Positions 12,529-23,774 of a DNA stretch of 64,000 nucleotides are shown piece by piece; position 1 is the stretch's first letter; every line of letters begins with the position of its first letter. The stretch is from Syncephalis fuscata S228 (Eukaryota; Fungi; Zoopagomycota), in the NCBI GenBank assembly GCA_025786725.1, contig JAHLTZ010000007.1, positions 124,001 through 188,000 of the forward strand. Direction: 5' to 3'. A program made the translations under genes and the position numbers. Under the pieces are notes generated by a model, which had not been told where the DNA came from, did no database searches, and saw only the letters and a program-made list of their open reading frames with translations.

Positions 12529-14896
12529 TTACATAATGATGCATCGTTCGTCTGTATCTTCTTGTTTTGCGTTGTTCTGTTCCTCTTCCGTTATCTGTTC
12601 TTCTCCTTCTGTCGACAATATGACGGTAGTCTCGTCGGTTGTCGATTTGACTTCAGAAATGGCCAAATCATCGATGGCTTGTTCAGTCTGGTCGGCGGAG
12701 GGAACAGCAACGATGGTATCTACAGCAGCGGCGGTAGCCACAGCAGCAGCACTAGTAGTAGCAGTAGCAGTAGCGGCTGTTGCTAGAGTTGTAGTTTCAG
12801 AAGAAACGCCCTTTTCGTTAATAGTTGGCGCGGAACGTATAGACATAGCCGCCATTGGTTGTACGGTAGATTGTGGTCGTGGTGGCAATTGAGCAAGATT
12901 GACCGGTGACTGTGCTGATGGAGGTGGTAAAATAACGGATTTACGATTAACGGGTGGAGGTGTCGATTTCTCTGGTAAACCAACAAGGCGCCGTCCTCGT
13001 CGCCAAGTGGTAGCTAATATACGGCGAATTCCAGCAATGGCACAAATAAGTAGACAAATGCATTGTAGGAAAATGGCAATATACGTAACTGGTACACGAA
13101 CCAAATCGGTCTTGAGCAAACATATAGCGGCAACGCCAAATGAAAGCAAACGTGTAAAAGCAAATAGCATTTGAAGATCGTTACGTGCGGCATATGGACG
13201 ACGTACGATGAGCATAATAAAAACAAGCGCCTCAAGAATAACCATAACAATAGCTTGGGCTGTTGGAGCAGCTGCACCAACACCAATAACAATAGATACG
13301 ATGAGTCGGTGTAGTGCTTCGTAGAAAGCATGAGAGGCACTTTCTGCTTTAAATGCATTGATCAATGGACCGTAGAGTAGCAGGCGGGTTGGATCCTGCA
13401 ATACTTCGGCAACATTTAAACAAAAGTGAAGTCGATACAATAGAAAACCAATAGGTAGTAGCTGGAGAGCAACAATGCCAATCGCTGCAAATGTAATGGC
13501 GCCGGCACCTCCTAAGGTGAATTGGAAGAATCCATAGGCAAGTAGCGCAGGCGATGAAATAATAAACCAACGTACTAGACTACCAAGACCATAGTAGGCG
13601 ACTTTGACCATATAATCACGACCAGTATTGCCACTGTGTCGCTGTTTCACCGTTGCTACACCGAATACCACGACCGTATAAATGAGCACAGCTGCGATAC
13701 CAGCTATAATGATAGCCAAAGCGGCAGGGAACAACTCATGAGGCAATAGGCCTAGATAGGCGGCAAATTGTCGTAGACCCAATTCATTTGCCTTAAGCCA
13801 TGCTAATTGATCATCAATAACCAGTGAGGAAATGGCACTATTCGTATAGTCAATGGGTGATAGTACCGTGCTATCAAGTGTTTGAACTGATGGTGCATAT
13901 TGTTGACGAATAGTATTAATAATAAATGGAATACGCATTGCTAGTGTTGCCCAAGCAAACCCAATAGCTGTAAATGTTTTATAGAAAAGTGGATAGATCA
14001 CTTGCAATTGTCCACTTGCTGCAATGGATTGACAAAAGAAAATGACATCAACAACACCAGGCGCTGATCGAGTAATGGCAGTGGTTGACTTAGGCGTATC
14101 ATCTAGTTTTGGTAAGGTTAACGTATGTTTTTCTGCATCACTGGGTACAGCCATTGGCAAAATAGCCGCAGTGCTTTCTTTCTCTTGGCCAATATGCCCA
14201 TTATTGGCTGCGGGATGTGGACGCCAGCCACTTGCCAAGCGATAGAGTGAAAAACGGCCAGTTGCTAGGCCATAGGCAATGATCGTCGATACGGCAAGAA
14301 AGACTGCAGTGAGTGGTGGCAACATGCGTAGAAATACGAGATAAACTGCGTTGTAAGATTCGGTTTTAATGGCAAAGCAGCCTAATGGTTTATCTTTATC
14401 GGTAAGTATAGTTATTGATAACTCGAGTTCCATAAGCGGAATCGGCTTATCCATAACATATTGCTTTGTAATGGTAAAGTTGCCGCCCTGGCAAAGACCT
14501 GGTGCTACACCACATGTACGATTAATCGTTTCCGTAGTTAGTGGAAGTATTAATAGTGCTACTTTAAAATTAGCTACAGAGTAAAAAGTAAGTGTTAGAA
14601 AGCTATTCATTGATGTAAACACTGCGCTACTTACCATAAGTGGTGTCGGGCAATGATTTGGCTGCGCTACCATATCCAGTAACGCTTACTGTTGCATTAT
14701 CATGCCAGTATTGTACATCGACACGATGAAAACTAACAAGCTCTTTGTCGCCGGCACTTGTATCCATGCAATTGACAAATGGATAAGAGACAGCTTTTTC
14801 GACTGCCGCTGTTGCCGAGGCTAGTGTGGCCAGCAGGGCTATGCCGGCCAGTGCCACCGTGGCCAAACGGTGAATACGCACGAATGGATGGAACAT
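12529..14896 (-). CDS. TRP-like / flavin carrier (FLC, Pkd2-like) membrane protein with N-terminal ML-like domain
   Basis: Exons 14896-14635 and 14573-12529. Signal peptide, Cys-containing ML-like domain (TCGVAPGLC...PLGC), DVIFFCQSIAASGQLQVIYP, YGPLINAFK, RRPY, many TM helices. Confidence 0.85.
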
Positions 14897-16551
14897 TAAA
14901 TATTATTATCGGATATTACCGACGATATGTATAAATAGTACTAGTATTAAATCAAATAGTTGGAACTAATGGTTTGGTGCCTACAAAAAATAGACTCGTT
15001 AATAAAAACGTAAATAAAATAATTCGTAACGCTAGATAAGCGGATAAACAAGCAAGTCAATAGATGTGGTGGATGGAGTGGAAGAAGGGCGCACACCTGA
15101 TAATTGTGGAACGGCAGTGATGGCCTAGTGCGGGGAAGAAGAAAATGGAGATACCCATATAATAAGGGATATAAGCTATAAACAGCGCCAAACTAGTAAA
15201 TATATTCGAAACTACGAAAAGAAAAAGATGCTCATTATGGCCATAGACACGTGTTGCGTAGTTTTGAGCTCGGAATCTGTACCTCTACAACTTACCGTAT
15301 TTTTGTAACCAATCACTATAGGCATACGTCTCAAAAAGAACAAAACACGTTCGTGAAATGAATAGGCCTTACTTTGCTGTATAAAAGACATGGTGTGATG
15401 AGTGATTAATACTGGAAATAAAAATAACTAGTAGCAGAAGCAACTATATTACCACTTGTATTAAAACGTCAGCTTTTATTTTTTAAATTTAATGGATTTA
15501 ATTCTATGCTTCGACTTAAATATAATAATACTATGTCTAGTTTTGGTAATCATTAAATTATGATTGCATACTATAATTTGATCATTAGCCAGTGCATAAA
15601 CACTGTTTCTCATAACAGACTAATGTTCTTTTGCTTAATAATGACCATTATATTTATAACATTTCTATATATTTAATATTCGTATTCAAATTCATTCCAA
15701 TCTGCCATTCTTTTCCATTTTATATTCAGCCCGCTGTGTAATATTATATTGTATATTAATAATACTTTATTTAAAATAGTGCCCGCTTATCGCTAACTCT
15801 GTTTGTTATTTGCAAAATAAGATTTATTGTTTAAACAGAAGATTGTGTTCTATTCACATCGTATATAGATACAATTTTACTAATGTCCAGTCAACAAAAT
15901 TCACTATTTTTTCTATTATTATGATAATATATAATGCTAGCCGTTTATTCTAGCAAACAATTGAGCCAATCATTGTAGCGTTTGGGTTGGTTAGAGGCTA
16001 TGTAAATGCAAACATATTTTAGGATATTAAAATATAATTATAATAATTTTAGTATAACTAATCAATATTATAAATTATAACGATATTAGAGTGTAATTCA
16101 ATTGTTGATGTTTATCAATTCAACTTCAAAAATAGCTAAATTATTATATAAATATTATTTCCACCTGGCTAGATTACGGCGTAACATCGCTTTTCAAAAA
16201 AGTCTACACGTTTTTAACTAATTTGTTTCAACCGTTTTATGGCTTCCTTGAATACTTTATGTTTTAGCTAATACTGTTGATATTTATAAACAAAATAGCT
16301 TAATTGGCGTAATACGCTGTTTACATAGCTACTTGGTTTAATGTATCACTATATCCACAATACATTTCTTAAATCTCTACCAATATTAGCGTCTTCTTAT
16401 GTACTTTGTTAGGTTGTTTATCTTTGCCATTTTATAGGCTGGTATATTTGTGCTCACTACAGTTGTTAGCCTGATTCAAATGTGGTAACTTTTGCTGCTA
16501 TTACAATTAAAAAATGACATACTACATATTATTTATATATTTTGATTATCA

Positions 16552-17893
16552 GATCAGTTTTGCTGTTCATCAACACATAGATCGTTGGCAAATCGAGTAA
16601 CTACAATGAGCAGCACTTGCTTTGAAAACTTCAATTGAGCTGTTAAGCAATGACAATCAGTATAAAAAACTCATATTTATTGGATGATAAATAAAGAGCA
16701 ACACGCCTTTGCTTTGTTTAAACCGTGTCTCGCCAACTCGTTTATGTTTTGCGCGCTGTTTCTTTTAAAACAGTCAGCATGCAACTAGTGCAAGTCGAGA
16801 ATACGCAAATAGACTATTAAATGACAAAAAAAATCAAGTGTGAATATCAACCATGATGTCTCTTAATAAAGACTGCTTTAAAGTCTGTCTTAGCAGACAA
16901 TCACATTTATTATCCACAGTTGCATCATCACAATCTTCATTGTCTTCTTTCCTCGGTGTTTGTTTATAGTGCTAGCCGATGGACTTTGTTGCAATCGTTA
17001 TACAACAACCACAAAGGCCTTACAGTCATGGTAGTATAGATATGTTTTAGTAATGGAGATGCGCATGTCTGTTATGAAAATGAGACGTCCAGTGAAGCCA
17101 TCAGTGCCATGATTCAATAGGTAGATCAATACGAGATTTATACACTTTTATAAAACAGCTGTAATGATGCAAAAATCAGTAATGATATGAGCAGTTAGTT
17201 TATTTGGTTTTAGTTTTATCAAGGTAAAATTTATAAATAGACAACAAAGAAATTGGCTATCCAATACTAAGCTTTATATCAGTGTAACCAAATTGACTAA
17301 TTAAGAAGTAATTGTAACATAACTGATGAATTTATTGCATTGTTTTTATGTCACACAAACTGAAGGCTATGTTCGCAGAAGCTGATTTTTAGTTTACAAT
17401 TTGAATTTAGGCTACGGCACAGGTATAAATTAAATGCCAAATATCTCGTTAGTTTTGCTCTCTTTATAACATCCAAGCATCTTTCGCATTCTGTATCGAA
17501 CATCTTTAGCAACATAACTAGCATTTTAGCATTAAACATTTTTAAACTTGTTGCATATTTGTGATTATAAAGTATATCAAAATTCATTTCAACATGCACT
17601 TCACCAAGACAGCCGTTTATACCGTCGTCCTACTGGTCATCGGACTGGTCGCAGTGACTGCCCGACCAGCGCCAATATACAAAGACGTCGATAACACCTA
17701 TGGCGGCACTGAATCAGCAGATCATGGTGCTTACCCATCGAGTTATTATGGCGACGTTTCTGCCAATCCTTACAGTAACGAAGTAGGTGGCGTTTCTGCT
17801 GATCCTTACCAATCCATTAAATACTCTGATGAAGAGGGCCAGAAAAAAGAAATAAATAACGCTCAATATAGACGACTAGTTCGTCGGCAAGCT
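16552..17893. repeat. Partner of the inverted duplication 2112-3490
   Basis: Reverse-complement identity that ends exactly at the RRQA codons. Confidence 0.95.
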
Positions 17894-18130
17894 CAAGATA
17901 CTCGAGATAATCTATTGAAGTATTATATATGGGATGATGGCACTTTTGTTTATTTATGTGTGTATGGACCTAGAGGCTTTTACAAATCCGACATGCAAAA
18001 AAAAAATATCGTAGTAAACTACGTAAAACCAACTACTGATGAGTATTGGAAGATAAATGGTGAATGGGTAAAACAGTCTTACGATGGTGTCCCTGATAAG
18101 GTAATGCAAGATTTCTATTTAGCACCATAA
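17594..18130 (+). CDS. Small secreted prepro-protein (candidate effector), 178 aa, with a putative Kex2 site (RRLVRR|QA)
   Basis: Signal peptide MHFTKTAVYTVVLLVIGLVAVTA, an acidic Tyr/Gly-rich pro-region with SA(N/D)PY repeats, a dibasic site and an ~80-aa mature domain; intronless. Confidence 0.85.
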   Translation: MHFTKTAVYTVVLLVIGLVAVTARPAPIYKDVDNTYGGTESADHGAYPSSYYGDVSANPYSNEVGGVSADPYQSIKYSDEEGQKKEINNAQYRRLVRRQAQDTRDNLLKYYIWDDGTFVYLCVYGPRGFYKSDMQKKNIVVNYVKPTTDEYWKINGEWVKQSYDGVPDKVMQDFYLAP

Positions 18131-18339
18131 CAGGGTTTTTGCATAAATGTAATAAAAATCATTAAATTCTTAACGCAATGTTAAATTTGAATTTAAAACT
18201 ATTTGTTAACTAAATATATTAAATATTGTAGGTATTACATTGCTAATCTCAATGTTTTAAAAATGACGATAAATACAAAATACATTCTCTAATTAATTAA
18301 ACAGTTTGGAATTCAAGATGAAAGTTAATAAACCACTTT

Positions 18340-19298
18340 TTATACTTTAACCGTCACCGCCGGGTACACTCAACAAAAGAAAGAATTGAAGAGAGAATTC
18401 AGCCAATATCAGATGACTTTGTTGTGTAAGAGTTCACTCATAAGTCTTTGGGTAGTTTAAAAAGGAAATTTGTGTAAACATATACTATAAGCCAGTGTTT
18501 ATTATTAGCTCCATGTTATTAAATTGAATGAAAATAAAAGCTTTTGACCATTGGATCATTTATACAGCTTATTATTCACAACATCAAAATAACTACATTT
18601 GTAAAATAATCAATGCATTTTATAATTCAATAGGTGCAAGCAGTTACACAGGATAGTGCATTTTTATCTAGCAATAGCTTATTGTATTAAATCTATTGCA
18701 TTATATTCAAATATCCTGTTTAGATTGTATTTAAATATTAGTTATTGAAGTTTTTTAGGGAAAAAGAAAACAAAACACAGCAATGTGATTGCCGTTGTTT
18801 TCAAAAGACAAAACAACTTTATCGTGGTATTGTTAAACCTGTCATTACACAATACAAATCGACACGCTTGTTGATATCACATACGTGACGATTAGTGCAT
18901 GCGCATTATTTGTTTGTGCCAAACAAGTTATAACAACAGGCCTTTTTGAATTCTATTTAGTATTACTCTATTTTTATATGTATGTTCCAAAAAACCATCT
19001 GGACTTGTTCCATTGATTCACGTTGTTTTTAACAATACAATCAATACAATAAACTTCTGTTGATACTACAACATAATCATAGGTTTAAATAGAGCACAGA
19101 ATATGCATAAATAGTCAGCGATATTACCATCACACTCTAATCTTCAGCAAATAAGCATTTTCACCTACTCTATATCAATTCTATTTCACTATTCATTTTA
19201 CTTTTCTGTTTTAACAAACAATATCATCATGCGACTTTCTATTGCCATCTTCTGCGTTCTTTTCGTGGCTTTTGTGGCTAATACAAGCATAGTAGATG
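18340..19298. repeat. ~960-bp direct duplication (promoter + signal-peptide coding sequence of the micro-exon gene), partner 29913-30874
   Basis: Near-identical from ttatactttaaccgtcaccgccggg to ...gcatagtagatg. Confidence 0.95.
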
Positions 19299-20181
19299 TT
19301 AGTCCAACTCTAACCCGGCGTGGTACGTTACAATTACAATATATTTTATAGAGCTATGCTTATAGTATATAATTAACCAATGATGTTGTTAGGCGGTAAG
19401 TCGCAACTATGTAGCGCTGGTTATATGTTAACTGGCAATTCAATTAAACATTGCTTTTTATTAAACTAAAACCAATAGAAAGTAAGTACCATACTTCATT
19501 AGTTACATATACACTAATTTCATATTGCCTCTATGTATCAATAATTTACTATTACCAGAACGTAAGTAGTATTGCATATTGGCTGTTTATCCTTTAATCA
19601 CAAACTATGTATCGTATTCATTAACAATTTAATGTTAAAAGGCTGTAAGTAATACTGTATATTAGTTGACCACGTATTAAATAAATACTATATGATATTT
19701 GTATTAAAAACTTAATATAATAGGCCGTAAGTTGTATTGTATATTAATTAGCTACGCACTAATTGCATATTGTACACTTTGTGCATTAATAATTTAATAT
19801 GGATAGCTTGTAATGGTATTGCATACTGATTAACTATGTGCTAATTACAATTTGTTTATTATGCATATTGGCAAATTAACATTGATAGATAGTAAGTGAT
19901 ATTGCATGTATATTATTCGTGTCAATAATTTAATGTTAATAGTTGGTAAGTTGTATTATATGTCAACTAGCTATGCACTAATATATATTATGTATTTTGT
20001 TTATTGGCAAATTGATTTGATAGATTGTAAGTGTTTTACATGGAAATTAATTATTTACTAAATATATACTCACTATTTGCATCAAAAACTTAATATTAAT
20101 AGGTTGTAAGTAGAATTACATATTATTGTTTTATGAGCTAATTATATATTATTTGCTATGTATATATATATAAACATAGAA
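19229..20181 (+). CDS. Micro-exon gene A: secreted peptide precursor MRLSIAIFCVLFVAFVANTSIVDVSPTLTRRGEKRCPYIDC* (41 aa)
   Basis: Exon 1 is 19229-19322 (phase 1). Ten 3-nt exons follow: 19393 GCG, 19479 AAA, 19559 AAC, 19642 GCT, 19724 GCC, 19807 CTT, 19889 ATA, 19943 TTG, 20024 ATT, 20103 GTT, each AG|NNN|GTAA. The terminal exon starts at 20180 (AATAA). Joined, they read open to TAA and give KR + CxxxxC. Confidence 0.85.
19323..20179 (+). repeat. Tandem array of ~80-nt related introns separating 3-nt exons
   Basis: Recurrent unit gtaagt.gtattgcatatt....ctaat......aatttaatattaatag with a period of mostly 77-86 nt (one of 54). Confidence 0.85.
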
Positions 20182-21900
20182 TAACTGATACACGCAAGAC
20201 ATTAACATTAGTAGCGTAATTAGACTGCAGCCTAATTTATTTTAAATACATGTTTGAAAAGCAAAAACCACTGACACCTATGCCATTTAGACCATCCAAA
20301 TATTAAATTTTAGCCAACTCTCTGGTTTATTCATCTATGTAGACTTGTTTGAGTAAACACAAGTTTGTTTTAATTGTATTTAGCAATCTGTTACATTTTG
20401 TTCAGTGTTTATTTACATTCAATGATTAGCAGTGATTAATTAACTAAGTAAATTAACAGCAAATTTATACAAATATACTTTGTTTCAAATATATATACAC
20501 GGCTGTTCCAATATTGATATTATAATAGCAATATTTTATTTGAATAGTGTAACAATATCCACTAACAATGTAATCAGCTGTACTAATTTGAAAAATGCAA
20601 TACAGCCAAAGAGCTATAATATTGGTAGAAGTATAGTAATACTTCATTATTCGCTTTGAATCTATGTATATTGTTATAAAACAGGCGTTATAGTATTGAA
20701 TATTGCACAATTAGCACTTTACTCTCTGAAATAGTACCGTTTAGTTAAAACTATTACCAAATTATGTGTTAAACGAATTAAGTGCGTACACTAATAAATA
20801 ATCATGCTAGTGACAATTAATGGATACCATGAAAGAGGAAACTGATTGAAGATAAAGCAATATAATTAAGAACGAACAATGAATGCATTGGAATAAGCAA
20901 ATGATGTAAAATAGCTGACACTTTGAATCAAATAGTGTAATTAAATCTTTTTATTATGATCTAATATGAGCATCACTAATAAATGGTCCAATGTGGATTG
21001 CACACTTGAATATAAGTTTTTATTCTTTTTATATATAGTAAATATGCAATTTTAAGCCGATATTTTAGAAAAGCGATTTTAACGTACTTAGGTGGTAAAA
21101 TGCAATGGCATATAAATTAGAAATATTAGTCATTTAACTAATAGGGCGTTACTAATACTATGTATAACTTTACGTAAAATAAAGTAAATTGTCTGAAATT
21201 ATGCACAAGTGTGCACATAACATACAGGTAGCCATTGGCAAAGTATACCGCAATTGTACTGGTTAATAGTGTAATAATTGTGCTAATGCGCTTATAAATG
21301 TGTAAAAATAGCAGTTTTGTACTGTTTATAACCTATATAAGTAAACTACAGCAAAATAATTAACAGATTCAAGTTCTCCATGCTAAACTGTACATTTGGT
21401 ATGAAATATGAAATAATGATTTTGCAACAAAATGTTAATCAAAATGCTATTTACGTGTTATTAACAAAAGTAACTAAGCTTCATAATTTCAAGAAATTTA
21501 ATACTAATAGTTAAATTTGGCTTGAAGTAGATTTAAAGCGTTTTACAGTATTAAAACATGCATAATAAGTTAGTATGTATAAATACCGACGCATATTGAT
21601 GGGGTATGCCATACATTTACATATAACAGATTTTCATTAAACTGCATTTTTGGTTACTTTCTTTTTGCAAAAATCATTATTTCATATTTCATACCAAATG
21701 TACAGCTTACCATGGAAAACTTGAATCTGTTAATTATTTTGCTGTAGTTTACTTATATAGGTTACAAACAGCACAAAACTGCTATTTTTACACATTTATT
21801 AGCGCATTAGCACAATTATTACACTATTAACCAGTACAATTGCGGTATACTTTGCCAATGGCTACCTGTATGTTATGTGCGCACTTGTGCATAATATCAT
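20130..21900. repeat. ~1.8-kb direct duplication (last intron/terminal exon of micro-exon gene A, 3' flank and foldback), partner ~56650-58410
   Basis: Near-identical from ctaattatat..atttgctatgtatatatatataaacatagaataac onward; the same spurious ORF MCNIQYYN... occurs in both copies. Confidence 0.93.
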
Positions 21901-22050
21901 GCGATTTGCTTTATAATACATAAAATTATACATAAATTATACATAGTATTGTCATCTCTTTATTATTAAATTACTTCTGTTACTTTTTAATTCGCATTCC
22001 ATTGTGTTTGACCACTTAACTATATTTAAGTAACTGCTTTAATACTATTT
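21060..22050. repeat. Foldback / long inverted repeat (arms ~21060-21430 and ~21660-22050)
   Basis: 21195-21427 is a near-perfect reverse complement of 21663-21895; the outer part of the right arm is diverged. Confidence 0.85.
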
Positions 22051-22440
22051 AATTCTGCTATAGCATTGATACAATACTTGCACGTTTAAATTTATAAATT
22101 AGTGCCTTATCGGTATTTCAAGGTATTATAAATTATAACAAGATATTTTGCTACAATCGTAGCTATTCAAAATAAAATAGTACTTTTTTAAAATAACGTT
22201 ATTGTTACCATTTTAACAGCATGGTCATGTTGCTATGGCAGCTGTTAAATAAATACACCATATGCTAGAGGACACATTACATTAAAACGTGTACAATAAC
22301 ATTACACATATAAAGCATTAACAATAGTTATCAACAATAAACAGCTACTAAAAAGTTATGACAAGCAAACATTTGTTAGTTGTGAACATATGGGTAATTA
22401 TATGAACTGATACGCTGCCTTAATTATAAAACATCGCAAA

Positions 22441-22870
22441 GCATTCAAGTTCTATTATTAGTTATGTTTACTATATAATATAGCTTTATTCAATATCAAT
22501 AAAGAATAATCAAGTTTCTAGTCCAATATTATTTCTACTTAGTGTCATACAAATTATTCAGTTTATTATAGTTAAACTGTGGTAATTAATGACCAATAAT
22601 GAATAATTTTATTATAAAAGCAATACACCAAACAACACATTGTATTCTGAGCGTTAAGGTAAGCGTTAATAAGCATCAAAAATTAACGCTATAGGATAGC
22701 GCCAGGATAAGGTGTTGCTTGGTCATTTAAGCTGCAATTTCTAAAACTAGAAGCGTAACATAATAATAAAAATAACTAATTAATTACATTATTGTATCGA
22801 TAATTACACATGAATTAATTAATATTGGATGTAATATTATATATGTTATAGTAATGAATGGTGTTTAATT
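22441..22870. repeat. Inverted copy of 7495-7923, immediately upstream of the Crinkler island
   Basis: Reverse-complement match. Confidence 0.9.
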
Positions 22871-23774
22871 GTCTAAAAGTATTAAGAAAATGAGATAAAA
22901 TAAGTAAATAAAGAAAATAAAATAAAGAGGCGCTGGACCTGTTTGTTTACTGACTGGATGAGTGGGCAGCTCAAAGTGAGATAGCAATCACTGTAAAAGG
23001 GACATGGAACAATCAAGACTGAAAGGCAGATGACGCCCACTAAATCACTATCCTCTGCTTTTCAAAATCTAATAGTTCAATGACATGGTCGCTACCTATT
23101 AATAAAATGACGCAATCTTAAATATAGTGACTGTGCATTGTGATAAACCAGCAACTTTGATAAAATCCTCTCTTTCCTCCCTTCCTATTTAGTGACAGAA
23201 TTCATAAAGATCTGCCGCAAACCTTTTTCTTTACCAAGTCGCGTTTCGTCACGCACAACACTTTTTCTTTCTGTTTCTCGTCTCATCCACCTTTACACAC
23301 TATCACTTCTATCACCTTACCTCATCCTCATTCCCGTTAGTCTCTTCAATTCCGCTAGTATGTTTGGTACTGTTGGCTTCTTTCTATCAATTCTGCATAA
23401 TGTTTCTCAAAGGGCTTAAACAACTCCTTGGAAAAGCGCCTCGTATCGTCCAAGGTAAGCTCATCCCAACAGCAATAGACACATATTCTCTCCGCCTTAT
23501 ACACTTTCTATCTGCTCTGCGCCTATTGTGACATCTGCAAGGCGTCAAAGAGAGAATTGTGAGCCGTCTCGTGTCTCACATGCCTCTCTACTTGTCATTG
23601 CTGTCAGACTGGCACATCATGAGCCTAAGTGGCTCTTGTCTCTCTCTTTTCTCACCTTCCTCGTCTTTTCTCGTTTGCCCACACGTACCTCGCTGTTTAC
23701 TCACTCGTTTTTTTCACTGGCCCCGCCTGACGGGGATTAGCTGCTCCAATCGTCACAACTGCTCTAGCGAATAC

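Noticed and set aside
19323-20179. CRISPR array or satellite interpretation of the ~82-nt periodic repeats (also 30899-32069)
   Set aside because: Eukaryotic context, no cas genes and degenerate units. What is conserved is donor, branch point and acceptor, and the intervening triplets form an ORF.
19559-20181. Homology of CPYIDC to oxytocin/vasopressin-type CxxxxC rings
   Set aside because: Only the ring size is shared. There is no tail, amidation signal or neurophysin, and six residues cannot establish homology.
20465-20710. 81-aa ORF duplicated at 56984-57229
   Set aside because: Non-ATG start, AT-rich low-complexity translation; its conservation is explained by the recent segmental duplication.
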